A DNA stretch of 64,000 bases from Acutalibacteraceae bacterium (GCA_045617785.1 JAZLJH010000024.1:10936-74935), one strand, 5' to 3'. Shown: positions 17,480 through 26,929, counted from the first letter of the stretch. The notes: a model not told the origin generated them from the sequence alone. Made by a program: numbers and translations.

Positions 17480-17612
17480 CAATTATTGTTAATGTTCTAT
17501 AATATATGGTAATTCACATTGTCATTTTGCACAAATAGGTCTTTGAAAAAAAGACGCGGTTTAGCACACCCTATGAATTATCGTTCACTCGAAAAAGGTT
17601 TACTTTAATTCG

Positions 17613-17640
17613 TTGACTAAATTTTCGTTTGTGCTATAAT
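17613..17640 (+). promoter_or_regulatory. sigma-A-like promoter for the HPr gene
   Basis: TTGACT, 16 nt, TATAAT with an extended -10 TG. Confidence 0.45.
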
Positions 17641-17711
17641 GTAACTGTGAGATGGGGCGACACCCCACCGTATAACAACATTATGTATATTGAGATTGTG
17701 GGTGCAATATT

Positions 17712-17975
17712 ATGTATGTTAAAGATGTAACTGTTCAGAATCAGGTCGGCCTTCACGCCCGTCCTGCAACCTTCTTCATCCAGAAAGCCAACGAATTCAA
17801 ATCTTCCATCTGGCTTGAGAAGGAAGAAAGACGCGTTAACGCCAAGAGCCTTCTCGGTGTTCTTTCGCTTGGCATCACCGGCGGCACCGATATTCGCATC
17901 ATCGCCGGCGGCGTTGATGAGGAGCAGGCTGTCAACGCTCTTGTGGCCCTTGTTGAAAGCGGCTTTGCAGAGTAA
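17712..17975 (+). CDS. ptsH: HPr family phosphocarrier protein
   Basis: GLHARPA (His15 site) and NAKSLLGVLSLG (Ser46 site). Confidence 0.88.
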   Translation: MYVKDVTVQNQVGLHARPATFFIQKANEFKSSIWLEKEERRVNAKSLLGVLSLGITGGTDIRIIAGGVDEEQAVNALVALVESGFAE

Positions 17976-18044
17976 TATACGGCAATCGTTCCTGAACGGT
18001 ACAAGCAAATAAATCTGTAACAGAGGTATGGATTCTGTTGGAAA

Positions 18045-19964
18045 ATGAGTTTTGTTTCCAAGGGTTTCCATACTTTTTTTACGAAAGGAGGCGGTTTTAC
18101 GGAGCAGAGATTAAGGCGGTTAAAGGATAAGGCAAATAAGCTGCCGCTTACACCCGGCGTATACATTATGCGCGATTCGGACAAAAACATAATATACATC
18201 GGCAAAGCCAAGGCTTTGAAAAACCGCGTCAGTCAGTATTTCGGCTCGCAGGAAAAGCATTTGCCCAAGGTGCGCAAAATGGTCGAAAATGTCGAGGATT
18301 TCGACTATATTCTAACCGACAGTGAGTTTGAAGCGCTTGTGCTTGAATGCAGCCTTATAAAGCAGAATATGCCCAAGTACAACATTCTTCTCAAGGATGA
18401 CAAGGGCTTCAGTTTTATAAAAATCACACGCGGCGAATACCGCAATATTTATGCCGTTTTTCAGAAGGATGACAGCGACTCCGATTTTCTCGGCCCTTAT
18501 ACCGCCGGCTACACTATGACACGCGCAGTCGATGAGGCAAAGCGCATTTATAAGCTTCCGACCTGCAATAAGGTTTTTCCGCGAGATATCGGTAAATCAC
18601 GCCCCTGCCTGAACTATCATCTCGGACTTTGCTCTGCGCCGTGCGGCAGAAAAATCAGCCGCGAGGATTACGAAAAAAGCGTTGACGATGCCCTGCGCTT
18701 TCTCAAAAAGGGGAGCAGGGAAACCGTTGAGGCTCTCACAGCCGAAATGGAAAAAGCGGCGGAATCGCTTGATTTTGAACGCGCCGCCAAGCTGCGCGAT
18801 ACCATAAGGAGCATTGAAAAATCGGGCAGCAGTCAAAAGGTCGTGGAATCTCCTTATAAGGAGCAGGATGTTTTTGCTTTGAGCGTGGCAGACGGCAAGG
18901 CGTGCTTCGCGGTGCTGCGCTTCAGGGACCATAAGCTCTGCGACAGCGAGCATTTCTTTGTGGATGAAACCGAAAACTGTACCGATATGCGCTCGTCGCT
19001 TTTGCTTTCGTATTATTCAATGGGGCGCGAAATACCGTCGCGCATTGAAATGGACAGTGAGCTTGCCGATGGCGATGTGATTGAAAAATGGCTTGCCGAA
19101 AAGCGCGGTAAGTCGGTCAGCATAGTCATTCCGCAAAAGGGCGCTCAGGCAAAGCTTGTGGATATGTGCCGCAGCAACGCCTCGCAGAAACTCTGCGAAA
19201 GGTATGTCGGCAGCGACAGAAGCCGCGATGCTCTTGAAGAACTCGCTTTTCTACTCGGGCTTCCCAAAGTCCCCGAATACATTGAGGCGTACGATATATC
19301 GCATACCTCCGGCAGCGATAATGTTGCCGGTATGGTCGTTTTTGAAAACGGCAGACCGCTTAAAGAAGCGTACCGCAGATTTTCCGTAAAAGGCTTTGCG
19401 GGGCAGGATGACTACCGTTCCATGGCGGAGGTGCTTTCGCGCAGGTTCGATGAATATGCCGATTGCCGCACAAAAGGCATTGAGGTCGGCTTCGGCAGAA
19501 TGCCCGACCTTATTCTGCTTGACGGCGGCGACGGGCAGGTGAATGCCGTTTTGCCGGTGCTTAAAGCAAGGGGCATAGAAGTTCCGCTTTTCGGTATGGT
19601 GAAAAACAGCAGCCATCGCACATCGGCGATTTCAACGGGCGGCGGAAGAATGGAGTTCACATCGAAACGCCGCGCTTTTGCGCTCGTTACCGCCATACAG
19701 GATGAAGTCCACCGCTATGCCGTTTCGTATCACCGCAAAAAGCATACGAAATCCGTGCTGAGCGATGAACTGAAAAGAATAAACGGCATAGGCGATAAAA
19801 AAGCGCGCGCACTGCTGCTTAATTTCAAAACCATCGAGGCGATTTCGAAAGCGGATAAAGATGCCTTGCTTTCGGTAAAGGGCATAACGGAAAAAGATGC
19901 CGCCGAAATCATAAAAGCCTTTTCGGATATATCAATAAAAGCCTTTTCGGATATATCAAAATAA
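18045..19964 (+). CDS. uvrC: excinuclease ABC subunit C
   Basis: GIY-YIG (PGVYIMRD...IIYIGKA), UVR domain, endonuclease V-like region and C-terminal HhH. Confidence 0.95.
   Translation: MSFVSKGFHTFFTKGGGFTEQRLRRLKDKANKLPLTPGVYIMRDSDKNIIYIGKAKALKNRVSQYFGSQEKHLPKVRKMVENVEDFDYILTDSEFEALVLECSLIKQNMPKYNILLKDDKGFSFIKITRGEYRNIYAVFQKDDSDSDFLGPYTAGYTMTRAVDEAKRIYKLPTCNKVFPRDIGKSRPCLNYHLGLCSAPCGRKISREDYEKSVDDALRFLKKGSRETVEALTAEMEKAAESLDFERAAKLRDTIRSIEKSGSSQKVVESPYKEQDVFALSVADGKACFAVLRFRDHKLCDSEHFFVDETENCTDMRSSLLLSYYSMGREIPSRIEMDSELADGDVIEKWLAEKRGKSVSIVIPQKGAQAKLVDMCRSNASQKLCERYVGSDRSRDALEELAFLLGLPKVPEYIEAYDISHTSGSDNVAGMVVFENGRPLKEAYRRFSVKGFAGQDDYRSMAEVLSRRFDEYADCRTKGIEVGFGRMPDLILLDGGDGQVNAVLPVLKARGIEVPLFGMVKNSSHRTSAISTGGGRMEFTSKRRAFALVTAIQDEVHRYAVSYHRKKHTKSVLSDELKRINGIGDKKARALLLNFKTIEAISKADKDALLSVKGITEKDAAEIIKAFSDISIKAFSDISK
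19911..19958 (+). repeat. perfect 24-bp tandem duplication at the uvrC 3' end
   Basis: ATAAAAGCCTTTTCGGATATATCA occurs twice (19911-19934 and 19935-19958). It encodes IKAFSDIS twice. Confidence 0.95.
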
Positions 19965-20020
19965 CTTGACAATACGCCGTTTTAATGCAATAATAATATA
20001 TTGGAAAAGAGGGATGAACA

Positions 20021-20566
20021 ATGCGCGTAATTACCGGCACCGCAAGGGGCAGAAAGCTCGTTACACTTGAGGGCGAAAGCGTAAGACCTACTACGGATAT
20101 GGTAAAAGAAGCCATGTTCAGCATAATTCAGTTCGAAATCGAGGGCAGAAAGGTCATAGACCTTTTTTCCGGCAGCGGTCAGCTCGGTATCGAGGCTTTA
20201 AGCCGCGGTGCCGCTTCGGCGGTTTTTGTGGATTCTTCACGCGATTCTCTGAATGTAACGGAAAAGAATCTTTCCGATACGGGCTTGCGCCATCTTTCAA
20301 AAACCGTGCTTTCCGACTCTCTTTCATACCTTGACAGAACTGCAGAGCGTTACGATATAGCTTTCCTTGACCCGCCTTATGCGGCAGGCCTTATGGAAAA
20401 AGCCGTTGAATACCTTGCGCCGCATATGAATGACGGCGGCATAATGGTGTGCGAAACCTCCGCTAAAGAGGTGCTGCCCGAGGTGCTTCCGGGCTTTACC
20501 TCCAAACGCTACAAATACGGCAAAATCGCCCTTACCGTTTACAGAAAGGATGCCCGAAATGTCTAA
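20021..20566 (+). CDS. rsmD: 16S rRNA (guanine966-N2)-methyltransferase
   Basis: MRVITGTARGRKL, DLFSGSGQLGIEALSRG and FLDPPY motifs. Confidence 0.88.
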   Translation: MRVITGTARGRKLVTLEGESVRPTTDMVKEAMFSIIQFEIEGRKVIDLFSGSGQLGIEALSRGAASAVFVDSSRDSLNVTEKNLSDTGLRHLSKTVLSDSLSYLDRTAERYDIAFLDPPYAAGLMEKAVEYLAPHMNDGGIMVCETSAKEVLPEVLPGFTSKRYKYGKIALTVYRKDARNV

Positions 20567-21050
20567 AACCGTTATATGCCCCGGCAGCTTTGATCCGCTT
20601 ACGATAGGGCATCTTGATATAATCAAAAGGTCATCACGGCTTTTTGACAATGTAATAGTGGTCGTAATGCGCAATTACAACAAAAATGTAGGCAGCTTTA
20701 CCACAGAGGAGCGCATTGATTTTATTAAGCGCTGCACGGCTGATCTGCCGAATGTTACGGTCGACAGTTATGCGGGGCTGCTCGCCGATTACGCGCGCGA
20801 AAAGAATGCCTGCGCGGTCGTAAAGGGCTTGCGCGCCGTCTCCGATTACGATGACGAATTCCGTCAGGCGCTTACGAATCAACGCCTTAATGAGAATATG
20901 GAAACCGTGTTTATGGTCGCCAATTCCGAGCATATGTTTTTAAGCTCCAGCGTAGTCAAAGAGGTGTGCGGTCTCGGCGGTGATATTTCGGGCTTTGTTC
21001 CGCCCGAGATATGCGACGATATAGTTAAACGTCTCAGCAGAAAACGCTGA
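20559..21050 (+). CDS. coaD: phosphopantetheine adenylyltransferase
   Basis: CPGSFDPLTIGHLDII motif. The start is ATG 20559 (20550 is also possible). Confidence 0.92.
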   Translation: MSKTVICPGSFDPLTIGHLDIIKRSSRLFDNVIVVVMRNYNKNVGSFTTEERIDFIKRCTADLPNVTVDSYAGLLADYAREKNACAVVKGLRAVSDYDDEFRQALTNQRLNENMETVFMVANSEHMFLSSSVVKEVCGLGGDISGFVPPEICDDIVKRLSRKR

Positions 21051-21083
21051 GTGTAATACAGCAAAGAGAAAGGTTTGAGTATT

Positions 21084-21632
21084 ATGAGTATCGATACAAT
21101 ACTTAACGACATTGACCAGATAGTCGAAGAATCGAAATCCGTTCCGTTTTCATCAAAGCGTATGATCGACGCCGATGAAATCTGCCAGCTCGTTGAAGAT
21201 ATCCGTCTTAATATGCCCGAAGAAATCAATCAGGCTAAGAAAATTGCTCAGGAAAGACGCGATATTCTCAACGAGGCTCAGTCAAGTGCCGAGGATATTA
21301 TCGCCAAAGCACGCGAAAGAGCCGACCTTATGATCGAGGAGCATCAGATCACCAAGGAAGCAAGGGAAAATGCTCTCGGCATTATTCAGCAGGCCAAGGA
21401 CGAAGCCGATGCGCTTCTCTCCAAGGCGAGAACCGATGCCCGCAATATGACCGACAAGGCAGAGGCATGGTCTAACGATATCCGCAGAAATGCAAGCAAC
21501 TATGTTGAAAATATAATCAGAGATACCGACGAAACTCTCACCAAGAGTGTTAACGATGTTAGAAAGCTTCGTCAGAGCGTTAAGGATGCGCTTCATGCAG
21601 GCGTTACTCCCAAGCCCGAATTTGATGACTGA
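21084..21632 (+). CDS. coiled-coil protein of unknown function
   Basis: Charged heptad-rich sequence (AKKIAQERRDILNEAQSSAEDIIAKARERA) resembling ATP-synthase-b/DivIVA-type helices. No specific family recognised. Confidence 0.55.
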   Translation: MSIDTILNDIDQIVEESKSVPFSSKRMIDADEICQLVEDIRLNMPEEINQAKKIAQERRDILNEAQSSAEDIIAKARERADLMIEEHQITKEARENALGIIQQAKDEADALLSKARTDARNMTDKAEAWSNDIRRNASNYVENIIRDTDETLTKSVNDVRKLRQSVKDALHAGVTPKPEFDD

Positions 21633-21660
21633 TAACCGATTCGTTTTTCGGAGAAATTAA

Positions 21661-23499
21661 ATGGAAAAAGAAAAACTCTGTTTGCGCTGTATGCGTAAAA
21701 TAGGCGACAACAACGTTTGCCCCTATTGCCGCAACGAGCAGAGCGAGCCGCAGACCGCGCCGTACCTTCCGCTGAAAACAATGGTGGGCGGCAAATACCT
21801 TGTCGGCAAGCTTGTCTCCTCCGACGGTGAAGGCAATACCTATTACGCATTTGATTCCGAGCGCAGAACTCCCGTTACACTTCGCGAGTTTTTTCCCAAG
21901 GGGCTTGTTTCCCGCGGGGAGGATAACTATTGCCTTGTGAACGTCGGCAAGGCAACCGATTTCATAAATACAAAAGCGGAATTCGGCAAGCTCTGGAAGG
22001 CGCTTTCCGCGCTTTCGGGGCATAATTCGCTCTGCCCGGTTTATGATATTATCGAGGATCTGGGTACAATGTTCGCCGTTACCGAATATCTCGGTGAGGG
22101 CAGGACACTGCGCGAATTTCTGCTTGAAAAAACGCAGGGCTGTATTACCTGGAACGAAGCCGAGCTTCTGTTTATGCCCGTGCTTACCGCACTTGAGGAA
22201 ATGCACGCCGCAGGTGTAGTCCACGGCGGTATTTCACCCACAACGCTTGTGCTTGACAAAAACGGCAAGCTTAAAATCACCGGCTGCCGCATAGGCGAAA
22301 TCAGGCACGAGCGCGGCATACTTGAAAAGGATATTACCGACGGTTACGCGGCGGTGGAGCAGTACGGCTTCAGCGAGGGTCTCGGCGAATACAGCGATGT
22401 TTACGCGGTTGCCGCCACGCTTTACCGTGCGCTTATAGGCAGCATACCCATGAGCGCTGCCTCACGCCTTACAAACGATAAGCTTATGATACCCGGCAAA
22501 TTTGCCGAGCAGCTTCCGGCGTATGTTATAAATGCGCTTGTGAACGCTTTGCAGATACTTCCCGGCGACAGAACGCAGACTATGGAAATGTTCCACGCCG
22601 AAATTTCCGCTTCACCCGCGGCAGCGGCGGCGTCTGTCGAAATCTCGCGTGAGAGTGCGCCTGCGCCCGAAAAGCCCGTTCCCGTCAAAATCGAGGATGA
22701 AGAGCCCGGAAAGCCCGATGAGCCGGATGAGGCTTCCGCCGATGAATACAAGAGCGACAGCCGCAAAATCAAGGGCAGCACAATAGCGGCATTCGTTATA
22801 AGTGCGGTGCTTTGCCTTGCCATTATAGGAGCGGTGGTGTTTTTGCTTAACGGCGGCGGCAGCGGCGATAATGAAACGACTGCGCCGAGTGCGCTCGAAA
22901 TACCCACCGAGGAGGATACCGGTATTCCCGACGATGTGAATGTCGAAAGAATATCCGTTCCGAATTTTTACGGCAAGGTGTTTGATGAGGTCAAAGCCGA
23001 CGAAGCGTACAAGTTCACGCTTTCATTCAAGGCGCAGTATGTTGACAGTGAAGAACCGCGCGGCACAATAATTTCGCAGGATGTTGCCGAGGGTACTTCC
23101 GTTTCGTCATATAATCCGCGAACGATCACCGTAAAAGTCAGCGACGGTCTTGAGGTGCCCGAAAGAATCAACGGTATGACCGTTGACGATGCACGCGATG
23201 TACTCGAAAGGGCGGGCTTCAAAAATGTAAGCACATCGGCAGGTAAAGTTGCCGATACCGAAAGCGACTCCGACAAGGTGTATGACGTCGTTATCTTCGA
23301 TAAGGAAGCCGACGATTGGGCGGAGCTTCCCGATGACAGACGCGTTTCGGCAACCGACGAGCTTGTGCTCTATTACCACGGCGAGTATGTGGAGCCCACC
23401 GAGGAGCCTGCCGAGGAAACGACAGAAGCCGGTGAAACCGACGAGCCTGTTGAGGATGAACAGCCCGTTGACGGTGCCGAAGAAGAAAATCAGGAATAA
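21661..23499 (+). CDS. membrane protein: N-terminal zinc ribbon, degenerate Ser/Thr kinase-like domain, TM, 2 PASTA-like repeats, acidic tail
   Basis: CLRC...CPYC at the N-terminus. The kinase fold is retained (SDVYAVAATLY, PGDRTQT) but catalytic motifs are altered (VTLR for VAxK, HGGISPTT for HRDxKxxN, TGC for DFG). It has a TM (AAFVISAVLCLAIIGAVVFLL) and a PASTA-like VPNFYGK...GTIISQDVAEGTSV. Confidence 0.8.
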   Translation: MEKEKLCLRCMRKIGDNNVCPYCRNEQSEPQTAPYLPLKTMVGGKYLVGKLVSSDGEGNTYYAFDSERRTPVTLREFFPKGLVSRGEDNYCLVNVGKATDFINTKAEFGKLWKALSALSGHNSLCPVYDIIEDLGTMFAVTEYLGEGRTLREFLLEKTQGCITWNEAELLFMPVLTALEEMHAAGVVHGGISPTTLVLDKNGKLKITGCRIGEIRHERGILEKDITDGYAAVEQYGFSEGLGEYSDVYAVAATLYRALIGSIPMSAASRLTNDKLMIPGKFAEQLPAYVINALVNALQILPGDRTQTMEMFHAEISASPAAAAASVEISRESAPAPEKPVPVKIEDEEPGKPDEPDEASADEYKSDSRKIKGSTIAAFVISAVLCLAIIGAVVFLLNGGGSGDNETTAPSALEIPTEEDTGIPDDVNVERISVPNFYGKVFDEVKADEAYKFTLSFKAQYVDSEEPRGTIISQDVAEGTSVSSYNPRTITVKVSDGLEVPERINGMTVDDARDVLERAGFKNVSTSAGKVADTESDSDKVYDVVIFDKEADDWAELPDDRRVSATDELVLYYHGEYVEPTEEPAEETTEAGETDEPVEDEQPVDGAEEENQE

Positions 23500-23512
23500 A
23501 TCAAAAAAACAC

Positions 23513-23541
23513 TTGACAAAGCGGGGAGTACCTGCTATTAT
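23513..23541 (+). promoter_or_regulatory. sigma-A promoter of the infC-rpmI-rplT operon
   Basis: TTGACA, 17 nt, TATTAT. Confidence 0.55.
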
Positions 23542-23670
23542 ATCTACGCAATAAAGCAGAACATACCGTTCTCACCAAACGAGCACATTGTTTGGTCAAT
23601 AGTTTTGAACACACTTCTGTGTCGTATTTTCAAGGCTCGAACGGTATTCTGTTCGAGCTTTAATTTATTT
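23542..23670 (+). ncRNA. probable L20-type ribosomal protein leader with attenuator hairpin
   Basis: It occupies the position upstream of infC. The terminator stem is GCTCGAAC (23635-23642) / GTTCGAGC (23651-23658) with a T-rich tail. An upstream segment CAGAACATACCGTTC is complementary to the terminator 5' arm and loop, giving an alternative pairing. Assigned by position and architecture, not by covariance model. Confidence 0.5.
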
Positions 23671-23686
23671 CCGGAGGTGCTTAAAT

Positions 23687-24202
23687 ATCAGCAAGGAATG
23701 GCAAATCAACGAAGAAATCAGAGATAAAGAAGTCAGAGTTATTTCCGCCACCGGCGAGCAGATCGGCGTAATGCCGTCAAAAGATGCTCTTGCTTTAGCG
23801 GAAAAAGCAAATCTTGATCTCGTCAAGATTTCTCCGAATGCAAATCCGCCGGTCTGCAAGGTTATGGATTACGGTAAATTCCGTTTCGAGCAGGCCAAAC
23901 GCGAGAAGGAAGCAAAGAAGAATCAGAAAATCGTTGAAATCAAGGAAATACGCTTATCCCTGAACATCGACACCGGCGATTTCAATACCAAAGCCAACCA
24001 CGCCAACCGCTTTTTAAGCGACGGCAACAAGGTTAAGGTGTCTATTCGTTTCAGAGGCAGAGAAATGGCACATACCGATAACGGTCTTGTTACCATGCAG
24101 CGTTTTGCCGAAGCTTGTTCAGAGCTCGGCACAATCGAAAAACCTGCAAAGCTCGAGGGGCGTTCCATGCTTATGTTCCTTGTTCCGAAAGCATCCAAGT
24201 GA
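23687..24202 (+). CDS. infC: translation initiation factor IF-3 (non-canonical ATC start)
   Basis: The in-frame translation ISKEWQINEEIRDKEVRVISATGEQIGV matches the IF-3 N-terminus upstream of the first ATG (23771). A GGAGGTG RBS lies 7 nt before ATC 23687. Confidence 0.88.
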   Translation: MSKEWQINEEIRDKEVRVISATGEQIGVMPSKDALALAEKANLDLVKISPNANPPVCKVMDYGKFRFEQAKREKEAKKNQKIVEIKEIRLSLNIDTGDFNTKANHANRFLSDGNKVKVSIRFRGREMAHTDNGLVTMQRFAEACSELGTIEKPAKLEGRSMLMFLVPKASK

Positions 24203-24223
24203 TAATTTAAGGAGGATATTATT

Positions 24224-24421
24224 ATGCCTAAGATCAAAACTCATTCCGGCGCTAAGAAGCGTTTCAAAATGTCCAAAAACGGCAAGCCCATGCGCGGCCA
24301 TGCTTACAAGTCACACATCCTTACCAAAAAGACCACCAAGCGTAAAAGAGGTCTCCGCAAGGTCAACGTCGCTGACGTTACCAATCAGAAGCAGATCAAA
24401 CGTCTCATTCCTTACAAATAA
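24224..24421 (+). CDS. rpmI: 50S ribosomal protein L35
   Basis: [15 protein letters not shown]. Confidence 0.95.
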   Translation: MPKIKTHSGAKKRFKMSKNGKPMRGHAYKSHILTKKTTKRKRGLRKVNVADVTNQKQIKRLIPYK

Positions 24422-24447
24422 TTAACGGTAAACGGAGGTAACTTACA

Positions 24448-24801
24448 ATGGCTCGTATTAAAGGCGCGATCATGACTCGCAAAAGAAGAAATAAAGTTCT
24501 CAGACTCGCTAAAGGCTACTACGGCTCAAAGAGCAAGCTTTTCAAGACCGCCAAGCAGGCAGTTATGAAGAGCGGCAACTATGCTTACATCGGCCGTAAA
24601 CAGAAAAAGAGAGATTTCCGCCGTCTCTGGATCACCAGAATTTCGGCAGCCTGCAAGCTCAACGGCATCAACTATTCACAGTTCATCAACGGTCTTAAAA
24701 AAGCCGGCATCGAACTCAACAGAAAGATGCTCTCCGAAATCGCTATTGCAGATCCCGAAGGCTTTGCAGCTCTCGTAGAGAAGGCTAAAGCAGCTCTTTA
24801 A
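24448..24801 (+). CDS. rplT: 50S ribosomal protein L20
   Basis: [26 protein letters not shown]. Confidence 0.95.
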   Translation: MARIKGAIMTRKRRNKVLRLAKGYYGSKSKLFKTAKQAVMKSGNYAYIGRKQKKRDFRRLWITRISAACKLNGINYSQFINGLKKAGIELNRKMLSEIAIADPEGFAALVEKAKAAL

Positions 24802-24813
24802 TTCAGAATTTTA

Positions 24814-24850
24814 ACGCCCGGTCATTTTTGATCGGGCGTAAAGTGTTTTA
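24814..24850 (+). terminator. weak terminator-like hairpin after rplT
   Basis: ACGCCCG-12 nt-CGGGCGT followed by a T-containing tail. The large loop and poor T-run make it weak. Confidence 0.35.
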
Positions 24851-24902
24851 ATGGCGGTCAATATTATCGGCTGTTGTATTGAACTGCCGCGGAGTTGATT
24901 TT

Positions 24903-25688
24903 ATGGAGTATATTACAAGCAAGGCAAATGAACGGGTTAAGCACGCCGTGAAACTGCGCGATTCGTCATCTGCCCGCAAAAGTGAAGAACTCTTTTTTAT
25001 TGAGGGGGCACGGCTTTGTGCCGATGCCGCACTTACGGGGGTTAAGGTGAAGGAGCTTTTCGTTACCGAAGCCGCCGCCCGAAAGTACAAAGAGTTTGTT
25101 GCCGCAATCGAAAAAGCGGCTGAACGCATATTTACCGTGTCCGACGAAGTGGCGGAAAAACTCTCCGACACAAAAAACGGGCAGGGTGTTTTCTGCGTGT
25201 GTAAAATGCTTGACAAAATTGCAAATATAGGTAAAATAAAATATACAGGAAAATATGCAGCATTGGATAATGTTTCCAACCCCGCAAACTTCGGCGCAAT
25301 CGTTCGCACCGCTGAAGCGGTGGGGCTTGACGGCGTTATAGTAAGCGGAGGGTGCGATATTTACAACCCCAAGGCTCAGCGCGCGTCAATGGGCTCGCTT
25401 TTCCGCCTGAATGTCGTTGAGACCGATGATCTCGCTTCGTTCATGGCAGAGCTTCGCTCAAACGGTATGAAGGTTTACGCCTCCGTGCCGGACAGCGGCG
25501 CTCCCAAAATTACTGAAACGGATATGTCCGACGGCGTCGTTTGCATTATCGGCAACGAGGGTAACGGCATTTCCGCAGGCGTGGCGGCATCGGCAGATTC
25601 CCCCGTTACCATCCCCATGGGCGGCAGGGCGGAATCACTCAATGCAGCCGCCGCGGCATCGATTATTATTTGGGAAATGATGAGATGA
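24903..25688 (+). CDS. TrmH/SpoU family RNA 2'-O-methyltransferase
   Basis: NPANFGAIVRTAEA, IGNEGNGIS and SLNAAAAASIIIWE motifs. The start is ATG 24903. Confidence 0.85.
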   Translation: MEYITSKANERVKHAVKLRDSSSARKSEELFFIEGARLCADAALTGVKVKELFVTEAAARKYKEFVAAIEKAAERIFTVSDEVAEKLSDTKNGQGVFCVCKMLDKIANIGKIKYTGKYAALDNVSNPANFGAIVRTAEAVGLDGVIVSGGCDIYNPKAQRASMGSLFRLNVVETDDLASFMAELRSNGMKVYASVPDSGAPKITETDMSDGVVCIIGNEGNGISAGVAASADSPVTIPMGGRAESLNAAAAASIIIWEMMR

Positions 25689-26929
25689 GTATTTGCCCCG
25701 CGGAATATTGGATATGGCTGCAGACCGCACTCGGCGCAGGTGCGCGTGTGGATGAACTGCTTGCCTATTTCGGCGATGCAGAAAAGCTTTATAATGCAGG
25801 TTCTTCGGAATGGCGGCTTTCAGGTCTGCTTACTGCCCGCAAAATAGAGGCGCTTAAAAGCACAAGCCCGTCGCAGACGGCGGCTGTGTTTAATGAATGC
25901 CGCAAAAAAGGTTACACTATCATCACACCCGGCAGCGAGTATTACCCCGAAAGGCTTCGCACACTTGCCGATATGCCTTTGGTGCTTTACGCGGCGGGCG
26001 ATGCTTCGGTGCTTAAAGATACGCTTTCCATAGGCATTGTGGGCACGCGTATTGCAAGTACCTACGGCATAGAAACGGCGCAGAGACTTTCATACGCTCT
26101 CGCAAAATGCGGCGTTACCGTTATAAGCGGCGGCGCTCTCGGCATCGACAGTGAAGCGCACGCAGGTGCAATGCTTGCAGACGGCAGAACGGCGGCGGTA
26201 CTCGGCTGCGGGCTGTCCGTCGATTATCTTAAAGAAAATGCGGCGTTAAGGCGAGCCATTACCCGTCACGGCGCAGTCGTTTCCGAATATCAGCCGTTTA
26301 CCGGCGCAACGCGCACCACATTCCCCATACGCAACCGCCTTATTTCCGGTATGACTTTGGGTACCGTGGTAGTCGAAGCGGGCGTAAAAAGCGGCTCGCT
26401 TATTACCGCAGACCGTGCTCTTGAGCAGGGCAGGGATGTTTTCGCGGTGCCCGGCGATATAGTCAGGTCATCGTTCGGCGGTACAAATCACCTTATAAAG
26501 AACGGCGCAAAGCCCGTATTCGGCGTTGAGGATATTCTCAGCGAATACGAATACCGTTACGCCGACCTTATTGATTTTGAAAAAATCAGACCTTTAACCG
26601 ATGTGCCGTATACCGATTACCGTCATTACGGTAAAAAAACGGCAAAAATCAAAGCCGAAAAAACCGCGGAAAAAGCAACACAAAGCGCGCAGGGTGAATC
26701 TGCCGCCGTTTCTTGTGCAAAGCAGCCGCCCGTAAGGCGCGAGCTCGGCGGTGAGGTTTCGGACGAAGCGCTGCAGGTCTATGCGGTGCTCGGTGCAGAG
26801 CCCACACATATCGACGATATTGTCAGAAAAACCGCACTCAAAATGAATGTTGTGCTGCGCTCGCTTACCGAGCTTGAAATCGCAGGCGCAGTCGAAATGA
26901 TAAGCGGTAAAAATTATGTAATCTGCTGA
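25685..26929 (+). CDS. dprA: DNA processing protein DprA
   Basis: GIVGTR..., ISGGALGIDSEAH and FPIRNRLISG motifs. ATG 25685 overlaps the upstream stop. Confidence 0.9.
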   Translation: MSICPAEYWIWLQTALGAGARVDELLAYFGDAEKLYNAGSSEWRLSGLLTARKIEALKSTSPSQTAAVFNECRKKGYTIITPGSEYYPERLRTLADMPLVLYAAGDASVLKDTLSIGIVGTRIASTYGIETAQRLSYALAKCGVTVISGGALGIDSEAHAGAMLADGRTAAVLGCGLSVDYLKENAALRRAITRHGAVVSEYQPFTGATRTTFPIRNRLISGMTLGTVVVEAGVKSGSLITADRALEQGRDVFAVPGDIVRSSFGGTNHLIKNGAKPVFGVEDILSEYEYRYADLIDFEKIRPLTDVPYTDYRHYGKKTAKIKAEKTAEKATQSAQGESAAVSCAKQPPVRRELGGEVSDEALQVYAVLGAEPTHIDDIVRKTALKMNVVLRSLTELEIAGAVEMISGKNYVIC

